Source of the DNA: Deltaproteobacteria bacterium TL4
GTDB lineage: Bacteria > SAR324 > NAC60-12
Assembly: GCA_051382335.1 (NCBI GenBank)
Contig: JBBCAX010000333.1
Location: 1-30,739, forward strand
Length of the DNA: 30,739 bases
Direction of reading: 5' to 3'
The notes beneath the pieces were generated by a model. The model saw only the letters and a program-made list of their open reading frames with translations. It was not told the origin of the DNA and did not search any database. The position numbers and the translations under genes were made by a program. Below are positions 27,299-30,739 of this stretch, piece after piece. Numbering within the stretch: the stretch's first letter is position 1; the number at the start of each line of letters is the position of its first letter.

Positions 27299-27850
27299 AT
27301 GAAACTAAGCGATTGGCATCTCATTCTACTGGGGCTTGCCATATTATTAGCCCTTTTTGCGATTTTCTACGAGGGAGCGCCTCCCTCCAATCAGCCAGTG
27401 CAAAATACTCCGAGTCCGAATGCTCAGGGACAAAGCACTCCACTGCAAAACACACAGCCCGCTTTTGCGCCAAACAATCAGGGTGCACCGCAAACCGCTC
27501 CAGCACCAACACCGCCCCAACCTCCGCTAAGATTCAGGGATCGGATGGCTATAAATTTCAGTGGAACCATTGAATCGCTGCTCTATCTGGAAGACAAACA
27601 GGATACCGTTCATATTCTGCTACGGGACGATATCGGTTTCAAAAAAGAACTCTCCGTTTCTCCCGCATGGTTTCTGGAATACAGCGCTTGCCCTTTAGCC
27701 GTTGGTAATCATATTTCCGGTAGTGGCTTTCTGTTTGAGACAGGAAACCAGGGAGCCTTGATTTACGCGAAAAAAATCAGATTAGGCGCACAAGTCTGCC
27801 GCTTTAGAAATGACGAAGGATTTGCCTTTTGGTCTGATAAATTAAGGTGA
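27299..27850 (+). CDS. mamS: MamS
   Basis: N-terminal TM, Pro/Gln linker, then SVSPAWFLEY.AC, IYAKKI and CRFRNDEGFAFWS; follows mamB. Confidence 0.9.
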   Translation: MKLSDWHLILLGLAILLALFAIFYEGAPPSNQPVQNTPSPNAQGQSTPLQNTQPAFAPNNQGAPQTAPAPTPPQPPLRFRDRMAINFSGTIESLLYLEDKQDTVHILLRDDIGFKKELSVSPAWFLEYSACPLAVGNHISGSGFLFETGNQGALIYAKKIRLGAQVCRFRNDEGFAFWSDKLR

Positions 27851-27854
27851 AAAA

Positions 27855-28784
27855 ATGAAATATAACCATTGTCATCCCTGTGTTCAAGAAGCCGCCAGAC
27901 TGGACATGATCGTTGCGCTGTTTCAAGGGGTCTTTAAACTGGTGATAGCGTTCGTCACCGGAAGTGTTGCGTTAAGCGCCTCAGGTTTTTTTTCCCTTGC
28001 AGATTTTTTAACCAAAATCATTACCATGGTCAGCGTCAAAGTTGCCAGTTTGCCTCCAAACGAAAGATTCCCTTACGGTTATGGCAAAATTGAGTTTTTA
28101 TCTTCTATTTTGATTGGCTTTCTCCTTGTCCTTGGAGCCTTTTTCTTTTTACTCAGACAGTTTCTAACTGCGGCGACCCCCCGTGTTACACCGGAGTGGA
28201 TCGCTTTAATCGCCGTTTTGTTATCCGCCGTTCTCGCTGACATGATGTCCCGCCATCTGCACTGTGCCGGCACCGAAAATAACAGCACTGCCATCCTTGC
28301 CGCAGCCTGGGATAACCGCATGGACTCCTTATCCTCCGTTGCTGTCTTTATCGGAATTTCCCTGACTTATTTCGGATGGGAATCCGCGGATTATTGGGCC
28401 GCTTCCATCATTTCGGTGATGATCATTTACGTTGGAGGGAGGATCTTCTATGATGCTTTTCGAAGTTTAATGGACACTTCTATTCCTGAAAAGATCACTA
28501 GTGAAATCATGCGAATGGCAAGAAGAACCACAGGTGTTGTAAAGGTTGAATACTGCCGCAGCCGCAGTCTGGGAGACACCTGGGAATTGAGTTTACAACT
28601 TGCGGTTGATGATCAGTTATCGGTATATGAAATTCATCAACTCGTCAAAACGCTAAGGCATCGGATTTATGAGCTTCATAAGAATTTTGCATTCATTCAA
28701 ATATCCCACACTCCGGTTAAAAAAACCGAGGATCCTGAGGATTCTCATTTATTAAAAAAATTCAGGGAGAAAACTCAAACATGA
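27855..28784 (+). CDS. Third CDF transporter, MamB-like paralog
   Basis: N-terminal CHPC, GSVALSASGFFSLAD, FPYGYGKIEF and NSTAILAAAWDNRMDSLSS. Confidence 0.88.
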   Translation: MKYNHCHPCVQEAARLDMIVALFQGVFKLVIAFVTGSVALSASGFFSLADFLTKIITMVSVKVASLPPNERFPYGYGKIEFLSSILIGFLLVLGAFFFLLRQFLTAATPRVTPEWIALIAVLLSAVLADMMSRHLHCAGTENNSTAILAAAWDNRMDSLSSVAVFIGISLTYFGWESADYWAASIISVMIIYVGGRIFYDAFRSLMDTSIPEKITSEIMRMARRTTGVVKVEYCRSRSLGDTWELSLQLAVDDQLSVYEIHQLVKTLRHRIYELHKNFAFIQISHTPVKKTEDPEDSHLLKKFREKTQT

Positions 28785-28936
28785 GAGAAGAGCTATCCGA
28801 TGCCCGCATGGAACATATTCGTTGGGTAGAGCAAATTAAAGCCGCAATGGAAAAAGGCGTTTTGCCTGAATTGACCAACCATCACGACTGCAATTTAGGT
28901 AAATGGCTGTACACCAAGGGTAAATTAAAATTCTGA
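28781..28936 (+). pseudogene. Truncated CZB (chemoreceptor zinc-binding) domain ORF, 51 aa, missing from the ORF track
   Basis: MREELSDARMEHIRWVEQIKAAMEKGVLPELTNHHDCNLGKWLYTKGKLKF contains HxxW and HxxCxLGKWLY; ATGA overlap with the CDF stop; GGGAG SD. Confidence 0.65.
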
Positions 28937-29276
28937 CAAAGCCAAACGACGACAGGTTTCCGTCTCTTCGCTTTCTTTCGGACGCGGCAACCTGTTTAAA
29001 AGCCAGGAGGAGGAGTTCAAGATTGAGTGGACCAGTCCCAATTATGAAAAGGTGGAACTGTTTTGGGGGTTATACTGCTTCGAAAAAGGGGAGCGGAAGA
29101 CCTTTATCATTCGGGGCAAGCGAGGATTTTGCCAGTCTGTCATTAAAGAGTTATCCGCCAAAGGGATCGTTTCGATTCTTGAAAATTGATTTCACGGCAC
29201 TCCTAAAATAAACTCCAGAGTGATGAGTTTTGAAGTTTGGAAATTTACAATAATTAAAACCTAAGAAAGATCAATC

Positions 29277-30599
29277 ATGGACACTATTGCAAGCTGGATT
29301 TGGAACCCAATGCTCAGTTTTATGTATATTGAGCTTGGGGTGATTTTGCTGTTCCTGACAGGTTTTATCGCGTGGAGGAAAGTCATTCCGTTCTTGCCCT
29401 CTCTTTGGAGTGACCGGCATACCCAGGAGAAACAAGAAACCGATCATGAACGATACATCTCTCCCTGGCAAGGATTTTTTACGGCCTTAGCGGCCAGTAT
29501 TGGAGTGGGAAATTTGGCAGGAATCGGCACAGCCATCCACCTGGGAGGACCAGGCGCGATGTTCTGGATCTGGGTTTCCGCCTTGGTGGGGATGAGTTTT
29601 CGGATGTGTTCGGTTTGGCTCAGTATGCACTACCAAAGCAAGGACCATAACGATGTGGCTTATGCCTCCCCCATGGCATACATGCAACGCCTTCCCCCCC
29701 GTTGGGCCTGGCTTACGATTGCGTTATCAACACTCTTGATGGTCCAAGGATTTGTGGCCTCCAATTTGATTCAATCGAACTCTGTAGCCCATGCGCTTCA
29801 GGATGAACTGGGTATCTCGAATGTGGTTGTCGCCCTTGGAATGTCAGGGTTAGTGGCTTTTGTGATCTTGGGGGGAATGCAAAAAATTGTGGATGTCAGT
29901 GTGACGGTTACGCCCTGGATGGTGCTGAGTTATCTTTTGGGAGGGTTGTTCATTCTGCTGTCAGATCCAATGCAAACCGCTCGTACCTTCGGGTTAATAT
30001 TCAAACACGCGTTCACGCCCTATTCCGCGGCCAGTGGGATTATCGGTTATAGCGTCCTGCAAAGTCTACAGTTTGGGACCTCCAGAGGGATTTTCTCACA
30101 CGCGTCAGGAATCGGGGTTGCTCCCTTTCTGCATTCATCCAATCATTTCAGCAGCAAAGGTAATGCCTACCTTGCGGCCTTTGTCCCGATCGTAGACACG
30201 CTGATTGTCTGTAGCGTCACAGGATTGGTTGTTCTGAGTGTTGGGGATTGGACACAAATCAACGGAGCGTACCTTACGTCTTCATCATTCCAATCTTTTT
30301 ATGGTGAAACGGGGATGGTGCTCATCATGGCGTGTCTGGTGGTCTTTGCCTTTACCACCATGATCAACTGGGCTTATTACGCGGAACGCTGCTTTCAGTA
30401 CTTAGGTGGGAAAAAAATTCTTCAATTCCGTTGGCTCTTTATTTTTGTCACCTTTTGCGGTCCTTTTTTACCAGTTCGACTCATCTGGTCCACAGCCGAT
30501 ATCATCATTGGTCTGATCATCATGTTACACGTTTTTCCCTTGATCTATCTCGTTCTTCATAACCGTAAAGCCATTCTTGCCGAGCTGGGAAATGAGTAA
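29277..30599 (+). CDS. Alanine/glycine:cation symporter (AGCS) family amino-acid carrier
   Basis: ALAASIGVGNLAG...GGPGAMFWIW, RGIFSHASGIG, VDTLIVCSVT and FAFTTMINWAYY. Confidence 0.92.
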   Translation: MDTIASWIWNPMLSFMYIELGVILLFLTGFIAWRKVIPFLPSLWSDRHTQEKQETDHERYISPWQGFFTALAASIGVGNLAGIGTAIHLGGPGAMFWIWVSALVGMSFRMCSVWLSMHYQSKDHNDVAYASPMAYMQRLPPRWAWLTIALSTLLMVQGFVASNLIQSNSVAHALQDELGISNVVVALGMSGLVAFVILGGMQKIVDVSVTVTPWMVLSYLLGGLFILLSDPMQTARTFGLIFKHAFTPYSAASGIIGYSVLQSLQFGTSRGIFSHASGIGVAPFLHSSNHFSSKGNAYLAAFVPIVDTLIVCSVTGLVVLSVGDWTQINGAYLTSSSFQSFYGETGMVLIMACLVVFAFTTMINWAYYAERCFQYLGGKKILQFRWLFIFVTFCGPFLPVRLIWSTADIIIGLIIMLHVFPLIYLVLHNRKAILAELGNE

Positions 30600-30739
30600 C
30601 GGGCATCACCCTGTTTTCCAAACAAAAATATTTTTTGCGATTTCCTGAGCCAGCGCCAGTTCGGTATGTTCATATTTGATACAAAAGGCCGGACTTTTAC
30701 GATGGACGGTGACTTGAACTCCAGGATTAAGGCCAAAAC

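Noticed and set aside
29023..29211. 62-aa TTG-start ORF with a nearby GGAGG
   Set aside because: No recognisable motif; the purine run is explained as Glu codons of the overlapping 28929-29189 frame, though this is not certain
29277..30599. Calling the last transporter mamN or mamH
   Set aside because: Motifs are AGCS-type, not the antiporter-like MamN or the MFS-type MamH
1..30739. Assigning a specific host taxon (for example SAR324-type magnetotactic bacteria)
   Set aside because: Gene content is compatible, but the window has no phylogenetic marker; a MamABKMQ tree would be needed

Overview
This window is a magnetosome gene cluster (MGC) of a magnetotactic bacterium. The complement (mms6-like, mmsF/mamF, mamS, mamT, intact mamE and mamO, no recognisable mad genes) looks like the magnetite-type, proteobacteria-style mamAB set. 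It is split into two partly paralogous blocks, both on the + strand. Block A (about 0.6-14.6 kb): hypothetical gene, N-terminally extended mamK paralog, coiled-coil gene, mms6-like, mmsF, an insert (retropepsin pair plus a 1144-aa signal-peptide/vWA-like/TM/acidic protein), mamI', mamE', mamP, mamQ', mamT. A hicAB toxin-antitoxin pair separates the blocks. Block B (15.7-30.6 kb): mms6-like, mmsF, mamI, mamE, coiled-coil gene, mamK, L, M, O, A, Q, B, S, a third CDF transporter, a truncated CZB-domain ORF and an AGCS amino-acid carrier. The most interesting part is an apparently uncharacterised chain-organising module. Three mamK-adjacent proteins share a C-terminal L-[FV]-x-S-[YH]-E-[VI]-x-[KR]-K-x-K motif, one MamK paralog has a catalytic Glu-to-Gln change, and the large protein has McaA-like architecture. 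Several MITE/REP-like elements lie in the intergenic spaces. All family calls come from motif recognition by eye; no database search was run.
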